Below the pieces are notes generated by a model that saw only the letters and a program-made list of their open reading frames with translations, did no database searches and had not been told where the DNA came from. From Piromyces finnis finn (Eukaryota; Fungi; Neocallimastigomycota): a stretch of DNA of 64,000 nt. The position numbers were made by a program, and so were the translations under genes. Positions within the stretch are counted from its first letter, which is position 1. Every line of letters begins with the position of its first letter. The stretch is from positions 186,001 to 250,000 of the forward strand of contig MCFH01000043.1 of the NCBI GenBank assembly GCA_002104945.1, given 5' to 3'. Shown here in pieces: positions 37,157 through 50,711 of this stretch.

Positions 37157-38411
37157 ATGAAATATTTGAATTTATTTTTAAGTACTATATTATTTGCATC
37201 AGCAGCATTGGGGGGTAGTAAATTAGATGCCTGCCCACTTGAATGTACTCTTGTAAATGATTGTGTTGTTGATAAAAATGTCAATGGTGTATATAGTCTC
37301 TATCCACCAAAAGGAGAACTTGGTAAATGTTTCTGTAGTAATGTTCAACAATACTTTGATTGTTTAAATTGTGCTCAACAAAGTGAAAATAAAAAACCAT
37401 ATGCTATAGGTACATTTAACAGTTCTTGTAATAAAATTACTGGAAATACAGGTGTTGCAATTTCAACTGGAGCTGCAGGAACTACAGGAACTAATACCGG
37501 ATTAAATGGAACTAATGCTAATAATGGATTAGGTACTGGAACTAATGGAGCTACAGGAACTCTTGGTAATATGAGTGAAAATAATCAAAATATTAATAAA
37601 AATTCAACTTCAACTGATACCAAGGAAAACGAAGATGGTAAATATTCTTCATATTCAATAATATTAATATTAAATATAAAAAAATTTACTAAAATTATAA
37701 AATAAAATATATAATATATTCAAAATAATTATTGAAATGATATATAAAGAAAAACCAAAAAGTAGTAAGATTCCTATTATAGTAATTGCAATTGTTGCCA
37801 TTGCTGGTGTTGCTGGATTCTTTGTATACACTCGTAAGCAAAAGGAAAGACCAGAATCTATGCCATTCTTTGGAAATTCAGCATCATCTCCAAATCAATA
37901 CGCTACTTTAGGTAGTAAGAAGGAAATGACAGATATTAGTACTAGCAATTTAACTACAGATTATAATACTCAATTTTATCCAAATGTTGATTCTAATCAA
38001 TATAATTATAACCAAGGTTCTAATGCCACATATAATAATTTCGAACAATCTCGCTCAGAATATAATAACCAATATGATTCTAATTATCAAGATTATAATA
38101 ATCAATATCCATCTGGAAATTATGAAAATGAAGTTGCTGTAGCATCTAATATTAATGTAATAAGTGACTCTGCTCAATATGAAAGTAGACGTGAATCTAT
38201 GATGCCTGGTTCTCAACCAACCTCAACTAACTTTAATGGTGCTTATGTATGTGCATACAAGTATGACCCACAATTAGATGATGAATTAGAGTTACAAGTT
38301 AATGATCAAGTTCAAATTATTGAAGAGTATGAAGATGGTTGGATGAAAGCAATTAACTTAACTACAGGAAAGGAAGGTATGGCTCCAAGAGTTTGTATAA
38401 AAGAAGCATAA
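37157..38411 (+). CDS. Type I membrane protein B: signal peptide, 8-Cys ectodomain, G/T/N stalk, TM, Tyr/Asn/Gln tail, C-terminal SH3 (380 aa; exons 37157-37637 and 37750-38411)
   Basis: Phase-1 GT-AG intron at 37638-37749, in the same position relative to the TM as in gene A. TM IPIIVIAIVAIAGVAGFFVY, then RKQKERPESMPFFGN. SH3 end: YVCAYKYDPQLDDELEL...DGWMKAINLTTGKEGMAPRVCI. Confidence 0.9.
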
Positions 38412-39529
38412 GTGTGAAATAGAATTAATATAAAAATACTTTTATACCAGTATAGATATATATGAATTAAATATAAAATATAATTTTCAAAAAAAAAAAA
38501 AAAAAAAAAAGAAAAATTAAAACGGTATATTTTCTTTTTTTTCTTTTTTCATCATTTCAATTCTTAATAGAAAATAGTTTTAAAATAAAAAAAAAAAATT
38601 AAAAAAAAAAAAGAAGAAAAAAAAATTAAAAAAATTGAAAAAAAAATTTTTTTTCTTAAAATTCTTTTTATTTTAAACTATCAAAAAAGTGATATAGATT
38701 AATTGATTAAAATATAATATCATTTTATTTTATTTTTCAAGTTTTTAAATATAAATATTAAATATATAAATTCAAAATAAATATCATTTAATTATTTATT
38801 ATTTTTTATAAATAAAAAAATATTTTGTTTAATAATGTATTTTTACTATTAAAAGTTATTAAATATGTAATTGTTTAATAAAAATAAAATAAAATTTATA
38901 TTACTAATATTAAACTTTAATTAATAATAAAAATATAATGTAAATCAGTAATGTAATATTCTTATTATTAATTTACATTAGCCACATATTTTTAGTATAA
39001 AAAGAAATTGTAAATGTATTATAAAAATTTTTGTAATTATCTTTATTAAATTAAAATTAACAAATATAATATAATAATATATTTTTTTTATATAATATAA
39101 AAGAAAGATTTTTGACAAATATAATATTTTTCTTGTAATAATTTATTTGATGTTAAATATATTATTGTTAAGGGTAGACAAGCTCGGATATATACTATCT
39201 TTTTATTAATACTTTATTAAACTTTAATCAAATATTATTAAGTAATTCCTAAATGTCACACTTTATTCATAAAGTGATAAATATTCAAAATTTATTTTCC
39301 CGTTTAAAGTCTTCAGTAGAGTTAGAACTAAGTTTGTCAACAACTTAACCACTTTTCCAGCTTTAAAATCTAAAATATTGTTTGACAAATAATCCACTAG
39401 CTATAAATATATCCGTCTTTACTATTATTATTTATATTTTACTATATATTTTATTTCATTATCTTCTTTATATCAATATATCAATACTTCAATTTATTAA
39501 TATCTATTGTCATAATAAGTTCTTTCAAA

Positions 39530-42500
39530 ATGAACAATACCAATTGTATTTTACCTACCTTACGACGTGGTCTTCGTTTCTTCGGATCTAACTCCAATAA
39601 ATCATATCTAATTTTTATCCATGATCTTAGTTCATGGTCAAAACAACGACTAATGGAATTTCTTTTAAAAGATATTCAACCTTTCAATGATATTCTTCAA
39701 TCCCTCACCAAAAAACATTCACAATCACTCGGTACCTATTTCATTCTAAAAGTCAATGGAAAATGCCCGCTTAAAGCCATGTTACTTATACACTCACTTT
39801 CTAAAAAAACTCCCAATCTCTAGTAAAATATCTTGGAAATTCATTGATAAGCTCAAAAACAATAGATCATACAAAAACAAACGATCTATCAAATCCACTC
39901 TCTGACGATTTCTATTTTAGTCATTTAAGCTCTAATGCTTCCTTTTTCTACTTATGTACTTGTTGGAACATCAATGGTTGGAACCCTGAGAAAAAGGACG
40001 GTGTTTTATACTTCATCTCTGTTTTCAAACCTGTATGTGTCTGCCTTCAAGAAGTAGGTAACAGCCAATTCCTCTGTGGTAATGCAATTTCCTCCCCATG
40101 CCTACCGAACTATAAACCAGTACACAGACGTGCTAATCCTAAAGTTCCAGGTATGAGAGGACTTTACATTGGTGTTCATAACTCTTGTTCCTTTACTCCT
40201 GAACCTCTTCTATATAAGTACATCATTTCAGTTACAATACTGTCATTTTGGAATCAGAGATGTACCATCGGTAATATTTACTTCCCGCAAACTAGATGGC
40301 CGGATGCTAGATTAATTGCTTTTGATGAACTTGATAAGTGGTTAACAACACATAACAAGTTCAACCACCCAGCTATCCTTGTTGGAGACTTTAATATGTC
40401 AGCTATTAAAATCAAATCTTATATATCACAACACTTCCCGGATTGGACTATGGCTGAGTTAACTGGTAATAATTTTACCTGGGAAAAAGGATCTAAATCT
40501 TCATGCATTGATCATATTATATACAACAAAGCTATGACAGAACACATAAACAAATCTTCAGTTTGTGAAGTTTTTCACGATGTTTCTGATCACAAACCGA
40601 TCCTTGTATCTTGTAAAAAAGACTCTTCTGATGGTTTCAAAAAGCCTAAGAAGACCTTTAAGTGGTCAAGTCATATCTGTAACACAAAGTGTTCTGACAT
40701 TCTTACTAGTAATCGCTTTGCAATTCTAGCTTCTGAGCTTGAAGCAAATTGCGATAGCCTTTCAGCTGACGATATGGTTTCAAAATTTTTAGATACCTCC
40801 AAAACTATAGGTAAAGAAATAAAAGCCATTGTGCCTGCAGATTTAAAAGGTCCAACATTTCATTGCCCTCAATACATCAAAAACTTATCACATGAAAAAC
40901 ACCTGGCTTACAAAAAGATTAAGCCCCTTTCAGATTACGCTGACATGGAAAATTATCTTAACCAGTTCTCCATATACCAAAATCTATGTAATACCATCAA
41001 AAAGGTTAAGAGTAAATTCAGATCCAATCTCTATAAAGCTAATATTGTTTCTATCGGTAAACATTTTACTGATAAAAGCTTTAGACAAGGTTGGAAAGGC
41101 CTTAAAAAACTTGTCAAACCAAGTTATTCGTCCTCCCATGTTTCAACTATTAAGGACAAGAATGGCAAGGATTTATTTACTCCTCAAGAACAATTAAAAC
41201 GTTGGGATGAACATTATGAAAGTCTTGCATCTGATGTTACAAATCACAGCTTAAATCGTAGTTATTGGGAAAGAGCCTTCCGATTCAATTATATCAATCA
41301 AATAGCATGGGATATAAATGGTCCCATTTCTATTGAGAAAATTAGGAATGTTGTTCTGTCAATGAAGAATAATAAGGCTCCAGGTCCCGATGGTATCCCA
41401 ATTGAATTCTTCAAAGCTTTCTTTTGTAACGAGGAACTGGAAAAAGAACATAAGTCTGCTAGAAATTGTCTTAAATTAATTTTTAATAAAATCTGGAATG
41501 GATCCTTTCCTTTGAATTGGAACTCTGCTTCTATTGTTTCTATTCCAAAGAAAGGCGATCTTTCTGATTGTAATAATTATCGTGGTATTTCTCTCATCAA
41601 TGTATGTCTTAAAATCATTTCAAAAATTGTAAAAGATAGAATTTCAAAGTATGCTCTTTCTCATAACTTTATTAGACCTGAACAATTTGGTTTTCACAAT
41701 AAAGAAGAATGTATTAGCTTATTTGTTTCCATTAGAGAAATCTGTCAAATAAGAAAATTTAAAGGAAAAGCCACTTATGTTGCCTTTATAGACCTTATAA
41801 AAGCATATGACTCAGTTCCTATTTTTAATATTCTTACAAAGTTATATAAATTAGATATACGTGGTAAATGTTTTGATTTTCTCAATAATCTCTACTCTAC
41901 CTCTAAAGCTCGTGCACGTTTCTTGGATATGCTTTCCAATGAATTCCCTATCAACCGTGGTGTAAGACAAGGATGTCCTCTTTCTCCTATACTTCTTAAC
42001 CTCTTTATCAATGATATTTTAAATAAATGTGAAAGGCTTGGAGTTAAAGAAAAACCTTCAAAAGATGCTCAATCTAGTCCTTGATTGGGCTAATTTAAAT
42101 AAAATGTCTTTTGGAATAAATAAATGTGCAATTATTGTTGTTAAACCTATCAACTTTAATAGATCCCCTAGTTATGTCGACCCAACATTTTACATCGGTA
42201 TGTACTCGATTCCAAAGGTTTCTTGCTATACTTATCTTGGAATCTCATTCGACGAAGATCTTTCTCTGACTCCTATTCTGTCTAATATGTACGAAAAAGT
42301 TCAGAAATCTTTATTCTCTTTTAAGAACTTCCTCACCAACAATTGTGTTCCTATTGGCTTAAAAAATATAGTAATTCATTCTTATATTTTTAGCAAAGTC
42401 TCTTATTATGCTCCTTTACTTGGTTCCAACAAAAATAGAACTAGAAGAGTCCAATCTCTTATCAATACTGCTGTTTTATGGAGTGTCAATAGCTTTCACA

Positions 42501-43093
42501 ATAAAGGTTTTAATAACAAAGATTTTGTTTTTGAACGAAATTCATTTATTAGTCTGTATGCCCATACAAGAGATATGAAGATTTCTACCCTTTCAGGTAT
42601 TTGTGCTGCGCAGCAAATGAAATGCTTTGTTAAATGGAGAAAATCAAATTGTATAATTAAAGATCTCGTCCGATCTATTCCTCCCATGTCTCATTACTCT
42701 TGGGCCAAAGAATCTTGTTCACTACATAAGAAGCTTATGAAAATAAATATTAAAAGTACTAAAGATATTAGAGAACATTATTGGAATAATAGTAGCCTAA
42801 ATAATGGAAGTAAAGCCCTCAGATATACTAACAACAAATTCCTTAATTCAAATCGCCTAATGCATATCGGTCTTAACAAACCTCACTTAAATTTAGGAAT
42901 TACCTGGATTATTCGTATTCGATGCGGTTATGAAAATATTACCCGAATTGTTATTGCCAGTAATAGAGTTACTCCTGACTGCCTTCGTGTCTGTCCATGT
43001 TGCGGATATGACGAACAATCTTTTTATCATTGGATATTAGAATGTTCTGCATTCTCTGAATACAGAGCTTCTTCACTAATGAAAACATTATGA
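39530..43093 (+). mobile_element. Decayed non-LTR (LINE-like) retrotransposon, copy 2: N-terminal domain, APE, RT, CCHC knuckle
   Basis: APE motifs CWNINGWN, CLQEVG, LVGDFN, CIDHII and SDHKP. RT motifs KAPGPDGIP, NYRGISL, PEQFGF, FIDLIKAYDSV and GVRQGCPLSP. C-terminal CPCCG..QSFYHWILEC. Disrupted near 39820 and by a frameshifting deletion at about 42045. Confidence 0.95.
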
Positions 43094-44193
43094 ACTCATG
43101 GGAGAGTTTAGTGGACACCACACTATCATACCTGATGTTACTTCTTTTTTTTTATTTCATTTAATTTATTAGGTAGGGACCAATCCCACACAGTACAAAT
43201 TGCAGAGTTCATTGAACTTTTATGCAGCTTAAATAATTATTTTATATTATTTTATATTTATATTTTTATTTATATTATTTATTATATCAATATGTATTAT
43301 TACCTAATATTATGTAATATCACAAATTAAATAAATAAATAAAAGATGTGTATTCTCTTCCTAGTCTAAAAAAAAAAAACACTTTATTCATTTAAAAAAT
43401 ACATTAAAATATGTTTTCTTGTTCAAAAGTAAATTTAGAAATTAAAAAAAAAAAAATAAAATGTTTTAACTATAATATTTTATCATAATTTTTAATTATT
43501 AATAATTATTAATAATATGTTTATTAATTATTTTTTGACTTCTATCCTAAAACCCTAAATCATGATAATGAGCAATTTAACTAATTAATAAATGTTATTA
43601 ATTAATTTATTATTTAATAAAGATTAAGTATAAAAAATTATATTATGACAATTTTAATAATGTTTTAAAATGTTAATTAATAATTTAATTAATTATATGC
43701 TCATAAAATGTTTTCTATTCCATCTAATGCTTTCCATTTATTTTTTGAATCCCATTTAGTAGTACTATATGTTTTACATTTATTATTTTCTATTTTAACA
43801 CTAACACATGCATGCCATTTTTATTATTTATATTTTTTCATAATTTTAAAAAAATAAATCATTGTATTAAATTATGCATTAATGTATATGAAGATAAAAG
43901 TTATTAAAAAAAAAAAAAAGGTTTTTATATATATTATAATTTATCTTTTATTTACACTGTAGAATTTTATTATTTATTAAACCATTAATAGTTTAAAGAT
44001 ATATATATATATATTTGTTTTTACTTTTAATATATATAAATAAATATAAATATATATATTAGTAGTAAGCCTTTTGCTTCATGCATGCATAAATAAGTAA
44101 ATAAATAAAAATATTAAATAATATAAACAAAATATATTAGGATGGTGAATATTTATTCATTGTGCAAAATAAATAGTAGACAATAAAAGTTAT

Positions 44194-45897
44194 TTATTCA
44201 ATATTTTCTAATATTTCAGACAAAATAGTAGCGGATAATGGAATATAATATACATCAGAATTTGCTGTTACTTTTCTGAAAATAATTTTGTGATCCTTAA
44301 ATTCTGTTAGTTGAGTTCTAAAGGTGGTTTCATTACTAACTAAGAATTTTTCTAAGCATAGATTATAATAGGCAGAATGTGAAAGACCTAATGATTCATA
44401 AGAACTATGAGATTTATTTTCATTTCCTTTATTTAAAATTAGACCTTCTCCTGCATTAGATATATCTTCAGTAGATAGATTCTCTGCTTCTGTAACAATT
44501 TGATGTTCTGCTAATACTCTAAAGATTTGACGACCATTGGATGTAAGACAGGATAACACATGCATGACACCTCTTGCATCCAATTGATTCTTATGTAACA
44601 TAAAGGAATTTTCAAAACTGGTTTCAATAGTATATGATTCATAGGTAGTTATATCATGCCATATAAAATTATAACGATATACTTTTGAATTATCCCAGAG
44701 GAAGGATGCGTTAATATGGTCAACGGAAGCAATGATATGAATATTTGGAATGGCTGCAATGAGGGAAAGTGTAGTTTGTGTCTTTTCATTACGAAGGTTA
44801 ATACCATCAATATTATGAATTAGGAGGAAAATACGTTTTATTTTTCTATCTTTGTTGGTAAAATAATCTTCAATTCTTGAAATTTGTTCTTGTACAGTAC
44901 CCAATACACCTGTATACTTTATAATTTGCTCTGATATTGCATTTAATATTGCTTTAATTGATACAGCAGGTGAAAACCCATTAATAACAAATACTGGACT
45001 ATGATTTAAAACTTCTTTTGCAAATTTTGTTAATAATTTAATTTTTGAACCAAATCCGTAAAATGCCAAATTAAATCCCATGATTAATTCAAAATACCAT
45101 TGTTGGAAATTTTGTTCATGATATGATGTCAACTTTTTTATTTCTGAAGCATGCTTTTGTGGTGTCTTTTTTAATAATTCAATATATTCCTTATGATCTA
45201 AAATTGGAAGTTTAGATAGTGTATTATCTGAAGTAAGATTTTTTTTATTATGAAGATTTTGAAAGTATTGTTCATAACCTGCATTTTCGATTTCATCCTC
45301 TATACGTTGAAGACCATTTATTTTTTCTATTGGTTCTTCATCATCACTTGAATAATCATTATCTTGATAGGAGAGGGTTCTGTAGGTGGCCTCCTCATAA
45401 TTTATAAATCGATTATTATTTTCTTCTTCTTCTTCTTCTTCTAATTCTGAATCATAATCTGAATCTTTATCAACTTTACCTGACTTTACTCTTTTCCTTC
45501 TTTTTTTCTCTTTTTTATTATCAGTGTCATTTTCTGTTAAATGACTATTATAATTACTTAATCCAGATTTGTTTTTTTTCTCAAAACCATATAATTTTTT
45601 ACCTGATAAATAATCATTTTCTTTATCTTCTTCATCAATCGCAACGACTTTTGTTGGTATAAAGTCTGGATCGTTATAATTATTATTAATGTTTTCTTTT
45701 TCTTTTTCTACTGTAAAACCAGATAAAATCTTTTTCTTTTTTCTAGAATGTTGTGCTAAGGTGTCTAAGTGAAATGTTCTTTTTGCTGCTGCTAGTGTAG
45801 TTGAAGATATGGTATTATTTTTTTTATATGTGGTAACAAAATGTAAGGGTATCTCACTATCATTTTGATATAATATTGGTAATAATTTTTTAGACAT
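44194..45897 (-). CDS. ORC2: Origin recognition complex subunit 2 (567 aa, intronless)
   Basis: Characteristic ORC2 motifs QWYFEL..GFNLAFYGFGSK, VINGF, LIHNIDG..LR, IASVDHIN..LWD, FIWHDITTY and FRTQLTEFKDH, after a low-complexity charged N-terminus. Confidence 0.95.
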   Translation of the reverse strand: MSKKLLPILYQNDSEIPLHFVTTYKKNNTISSTTLAAAKRTFHLDTLAQHSRKKKKILSGFTVEKEKENINNNYNDPDFIPTKVVAIDEEDKENDYLSGKKLYGFEKKNKSGLSNYNSHLTENDTDNKKEKKRRKRVKSGKVDKDSDYDSELEEEEEEENNNRFINYEEATYRTLSYQDNDYSSDDEEPIEKINGLQRIEDEIENAGYEQYFQNLHNKKNLTSDNTLSKLPILDHKEYIELLKKTPQKHASEIKKLTSYHEQNFQQWYFELIMGFNLAFYGFGSKIKLLTKFAKEVLNHSPVFVINGFSPAVSIKAILNAISEQIIKYTGVLGTVQEQISRIEDYFTNKDRKIKRIFLLIHNIDGINLRNEKTQTTLSLIAAIPNIHIIASVDHINASFLWDNSKVYRYNFIWHDITTYESYTIETSFENSFMLHKNQLDARGVMHVLSCLTSNGRQIFRVLAEHQIVTEAENLSTEDISNAGEGLILNKGNENKSHSSYESLGLSHSAYYNLCLEKFLVSNETTFRTQLTEFKDHKIIFRKVTANSDVYYIPLSATILSEILENIE

Positions 45898-46402
45898 GTT
45901 GATATATTATAATTATTAATTTCCTTTTTTTTTTTTTTTAACTATTTAATTATTTAATGTTAAAATTAAAATTGAATGTTAATTATTTCTAGAAAATAAT
46001 TATGTTAAAATGAATTATTGGTATATATATAAATTGAATTTTGTTGATATTGATTTATAATCTAAAAAAAAAAATTATATAAATTATATAAATATGTTGG
46101 TTTTATTTTATAATTATTTCCTTTTTTTTTTTTTTTTAATTAATACTTCATATGTAAATTAAATTAGTTTTCATTTTTTATATAATATATTCTTTAAAAA
46201 ATTTTATAAACTGAATAAAAATTTTTCTATAATAAAAAAATTTTAAAAAAAAAAATAAAAAAAAAAAATTAAATTTTTAATTTAAGATTAAAAACTTAAA
46301 TTTATACAGAAGAAAATAACCTTTTTTTAATAGTTCTTTACATTTTTCTTTATCATTTTCATTTTATATATTGTATATATATTTTAATAAATAAGAGTAA
46401 TC
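45898..46402. promoter_or_regulatory. Putative bidirectional promoter between divergent ORC2 and SMU1
   Basis: The two ATGs (45897 on -, 46403 on +) are head-to-head and 505 bp apart. No specific motif was identified. Confidence 0.45.
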
Positions 46403-49400
46403 ATGTCTTTGGAAATTGAATCAGCGGAGTAAATTTTATAAATCTTTTTACTTTTTAAAATTTTATTCGATAAAATGTTCAAAAATATATATTTCAAAAG
46501 TAAATTCTTTTAAACAATTATTCATTTATCCACCAAAATCAATTACCAATAATTAAAACAATAAATAATTGAGTTCCTTTTTTTTAATTAATATAAATGA
46601 ACCTGATGGTTAACATTCATTTTTTGCATATGAAACATTTCAATAATTACATGAATCTTATTATATACAACAATTAGAATTAGAATTAGAATTAGAATTA
46701 AAATTAAAATTGAAATTGAAATTTCACAAATTATAAAAATTAAAACCAATTTTAATGATTTTGGATATATATTATTAGAGTTTTTTTTCCTGCTTTAATA
46801 CAATACATATTCAATGGAATTAAAATAAGAAAATTCAATTTCATAAATTTCATTTTTAATAAATTAATTTATAAATTTCATCTACAGAAATTCATTTACA
46901 TTGAAAATTCCAAAATTCATCAGTTCAATTAATTCTCATTTTCGTTTTTTTTTTTTTTTTTTTTTTTTCCACAATAATATCATATAGCAACAATATTTCG
47001 AACAGCAACAATAATACTTAAAAATGAAATTTTTACTGAAATCCATTATTAATTTTTCCCAATAATATTATAATGCATAAAAAAACTAATTAGAATTGTC
47101 AACTAAAATTTACTTATTTTTTATTCATTTAATATTATAATTCATTTAATAAAGTGTTATCCGTTTAATTGAACAATTTTTAAAAGAAAATAATCTTTTA
47201 AGAACTCTTCAAACATTACAGGTATATTGAGTACATAAGTAATTTAATTTTATTAGCTTGATAGTATGTATAATAGAAAGCTAATATTTGTTATAATTAT
47301 AAATATAGGAAGAATCTACCATTTCATTAAATACTGTAGATAGTGTAGAATCATTTACAATGGATATTGTTAATGGACATTGGGATACTGTACTCAAGAC
47401 AGTATCTGTATTAAAAATCCCACAAAAGAAAACTATTGACTTATATGAACAAGTAATTATTACCAAAATGAATATATATATATAAAAGGCTTTATAATTA
47501 TGCTCAATGAAATATTTAATATAAAAAAATTAATTTCAGTAAATAATTATTTTTTTTAAAAATTAAAATAATAATAATAATAATAATAATAATAATTGTA
47601 ATGTAATTTATACACAATTCTTTTCTTCAATTTAGATTGCTTTAGAATTAATGGAAATGAGAGAAATTAGTGCAGCTCGTTCTCTTTTAAGACAAACTGA
47701 TGCTATGCAACTTTTAAAAGAGCAACAGCCAGAAAGATATCTTCATTTAGAACATCTTTTATCTAGAACTTATTTTGATGAAAAAGAAGTAATAAAGAAA
47801 TATATATCATATTAGTTTCTTATTTAATAATGGAACTGTGAAACAAAAAAATTTTTTTTAACATTATTATTTTACCTTTTTTTTTTTTTTTTTGTTAATA
47901 TAAAAGGCATACCCACATGATATTACTAAAGAAAAAAGAAGACAAATTATTGCACAATGTAATCTATTTTATTATTAATATTAATATTAATATTATTTTA
48001 AATATAATAAATATACCATTAAGATTCTTTTGCATTTCATCAATATTTATTATTTAATTCTCATTAATTCAATGATGGAAAAATTATTTATCTATCATAT
48101 AAAAATTTCTCAATTTCCCATTATTAATATTTTATCAATTTAATGTTATATTATTTTAAATAATAGCATTAGCCAATGAAGTTACCGTAGTTGCTCCTTC
48201 TAGATTATTAGCTTTATTAGGACAATCTATTAAATGGCAACAACAACAAGGATTAATCACACCAGATACTGCCTTTGATTTATTTAGAGGAACTGCACCT
48301 GTCGCTCAATTAGAAGATGATAAGGAACCAGAAAATTGCTACAAAACCATCAATGTAAATATATATATATATATAATTCTTATTTTTTAAGAAAAATAAA
48401 AAAAAAGATTGACTTTTATATTGAGATATTAATTCTTATTTAAATTAAAATTAATTTTTTAATACATTGTAATACATTATATATTTAGTTCCATAGAAAG
48501 CAACATTTAGAAAGTGCAGTATTTTCACCAAATGGACAATATTTAGTTACTGGTAGTTATGATGGTTTTATTGAAATTTGGAATTATTTAACTGGTAAAA
48601 TTAGAAAAGATTTTAAATATCAAGCTGAAGTAAGTAAAAAAAAAAAAAAAGTTTTAATAGAAACGTTAAAATATTAATACTGACTTATTATTTTTTATTT
48701 AAGGATAATATGATGATGATGGATAGTGCTATTCTTTGTTTAGCTTTTAGTAGAGATAGTGAAATGTTAGTTTCTGGTTCAAAGGATGGTAAAATTAGGG
48801 TATGGAAGATTCAAACAGGTCAATGTATTCGTCGATTCTCAAATGCCCATAGTCAAGGGGTAACTTCAGTATGTTTTAACCGTGATAATACTCAAGTTTT
48901 AAGTAGTAGTTTTGATTTCTCTATAAGGTAATATATTTGACTCTTTTTTTATTTATTATTATTATTCATAAAAAGACTAAGCAATAAAAGTTAATACAAC
49001 AATACAGCATCATTATCATCATTAATAATTTATTACCAACATAAACATTGTCTATTTATCCTAAAAAAAAAAAAAAGAATTCACGGTTTAAAGTCAGGAA
49101 AAACCTTAAAGGAATTTAGAGGTCATACCTCCTTTGTCAATGATGTTGCTTATTCTATTGATGGTTCTCGTATTATTAGTGGAAGTAGTGATGGTACTGT
49201 TAAGGTAATAAGATAGTCATCCCTTTTTATATAACTCAAAAAAAAAAAAAAATACAAGTCACAAGAAATTTATTATTTAAAAATCTTAATTTAAATTCTA
49301 ATAAACTATTTTTTTTTATTTTTTTTTTTATTTTTTGTATTAAATTTTACATTTAATAGATTTGGGATGCCAAATCTACCGAGTGTTTATATACTATTGT

Positions 49401-50032
49401 TCTTCATGAGGGTGCTATTGTTAATACTGGTGTAAATGCTAAGACTATTAATAAAATTATCCCATTACCTAAGAATATGGATCAATTTATAGTTTGTAAC
49501 CAAAGTCAATATATATATATATTAACTTTAAGAGGACAGGTAAATTAAAAAAAATTTTTTTTAAAAAAAAAAAAGATAAAACTTGGAATAATAATAATAA
49601 TTATAATAATAAAAATTAACTCTTCTTCTATAATTTATATATATATTAAAAGTTGGTAAAAGCTATTAATTCAGGTAAAAATTGTGATTTCATTTCTTGT
49701 TCTTTATCACCAAAGAGTGAATTGCTTTATTGTGTCGGTGAAGACAATAGTCTCTATACTATTGATTTAACTTATAACCGTCTAAAGAATCAAAACCCAT
49801 TAAAGGTAAGAAGGAAGGAGAGATATATTTTATAACTTATATATGACAATTACAAAATTTATTCTACTTATATATTAATTTTATTAATGCAAATTAATTT
49901 TTATTATAATCCTTTATTAATACTTTATACAAATAGTTAACAGAATCTGAAATTATTGGTATTACTCATCATCCATATTCAAATATTATGGCATCCTATG
50001 ATGAAGAAGGTCATTTATCTCTATGGAAGTAA
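46403..50032 (+). CDS. SMU1: WD40 spliceosomal protein SMU1 (multi-exon, about a dozen GT-AG introns)
   Basis: Spliced exons read [21 protein letters not shown]..., [101 protein letters not shown] and ..LWK*, matching SMU1 as I recall it. Exon 1 is 46403-46428 and exon 2 is 47155-47221. The final stop could lie slightly later if gtaag at 50029 is a donor. Confidence 0.93.
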
Positions 50033-50557
50033 GCCTGAATCTACTGTAAAATTTGTCAAGAATATATATAGGGAAAAGAATTTAAATTTAAAAAAAAAAA
50101 AAAAACCTTTTTTTTTTTTATTTTATGTGCTAGTAATTTTTACAATAAATTATATTATTACAGTGATCAAATCAAATCTATTAATGTTATTTATAAAAAA
50201 AAAAAAAAACGATAATAAATATTTATAGTAATATAAAAAATCAATATAAAAATGATACCAAAATCTTTTTTTTTTTTTTTTAACTATTATTGTTTGCTTA
50301 TATAATTAATATATTTATTTTTTTTTTTATTTATTTATTTATTTAATTATAAAAATGTTTTTTTTTTTTTTTTTTTTTTTAATATTATATATAATTTAAA
50401 TATACATACAGACTATAGAATAAAGTAATATAAAAAGAAAAATCTATTTTATATATGAATTTTTAAATTAACATAATACTTCTTTCTATACTACTTATTA
50501 TCTTTTATATAGATATATAGTTTTTTATTATTATTATCATCTCTTTTAATATTCACT

Positions 50558-50603
<46 letters not shown>

Positions 50604-50711
50604 CATTTAATAAAATTATTAATTGATAAATAAAATAAAAAAAATATAAATCTTAACAGAAGGTTTATCGAATTATGCCTCTTTATTTCTTCATATTTTA
50701 TTAATTATGCC

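Noticed and set aside
39171-39215. Hairpin agggtag...ctatct upstream of retroelement copy 2 as a 5' ribozyme
   Set aside because: It is a single short stem with G-U pairs and no pseudoknot partners.
44194-45897. ORC2 as a retrocopy because it is intronless and close to a LINE
   Set aside because: The ORF is intact with all conserved motifs, no poly-A tail or TSD was seen, and other genes here are also intronless.
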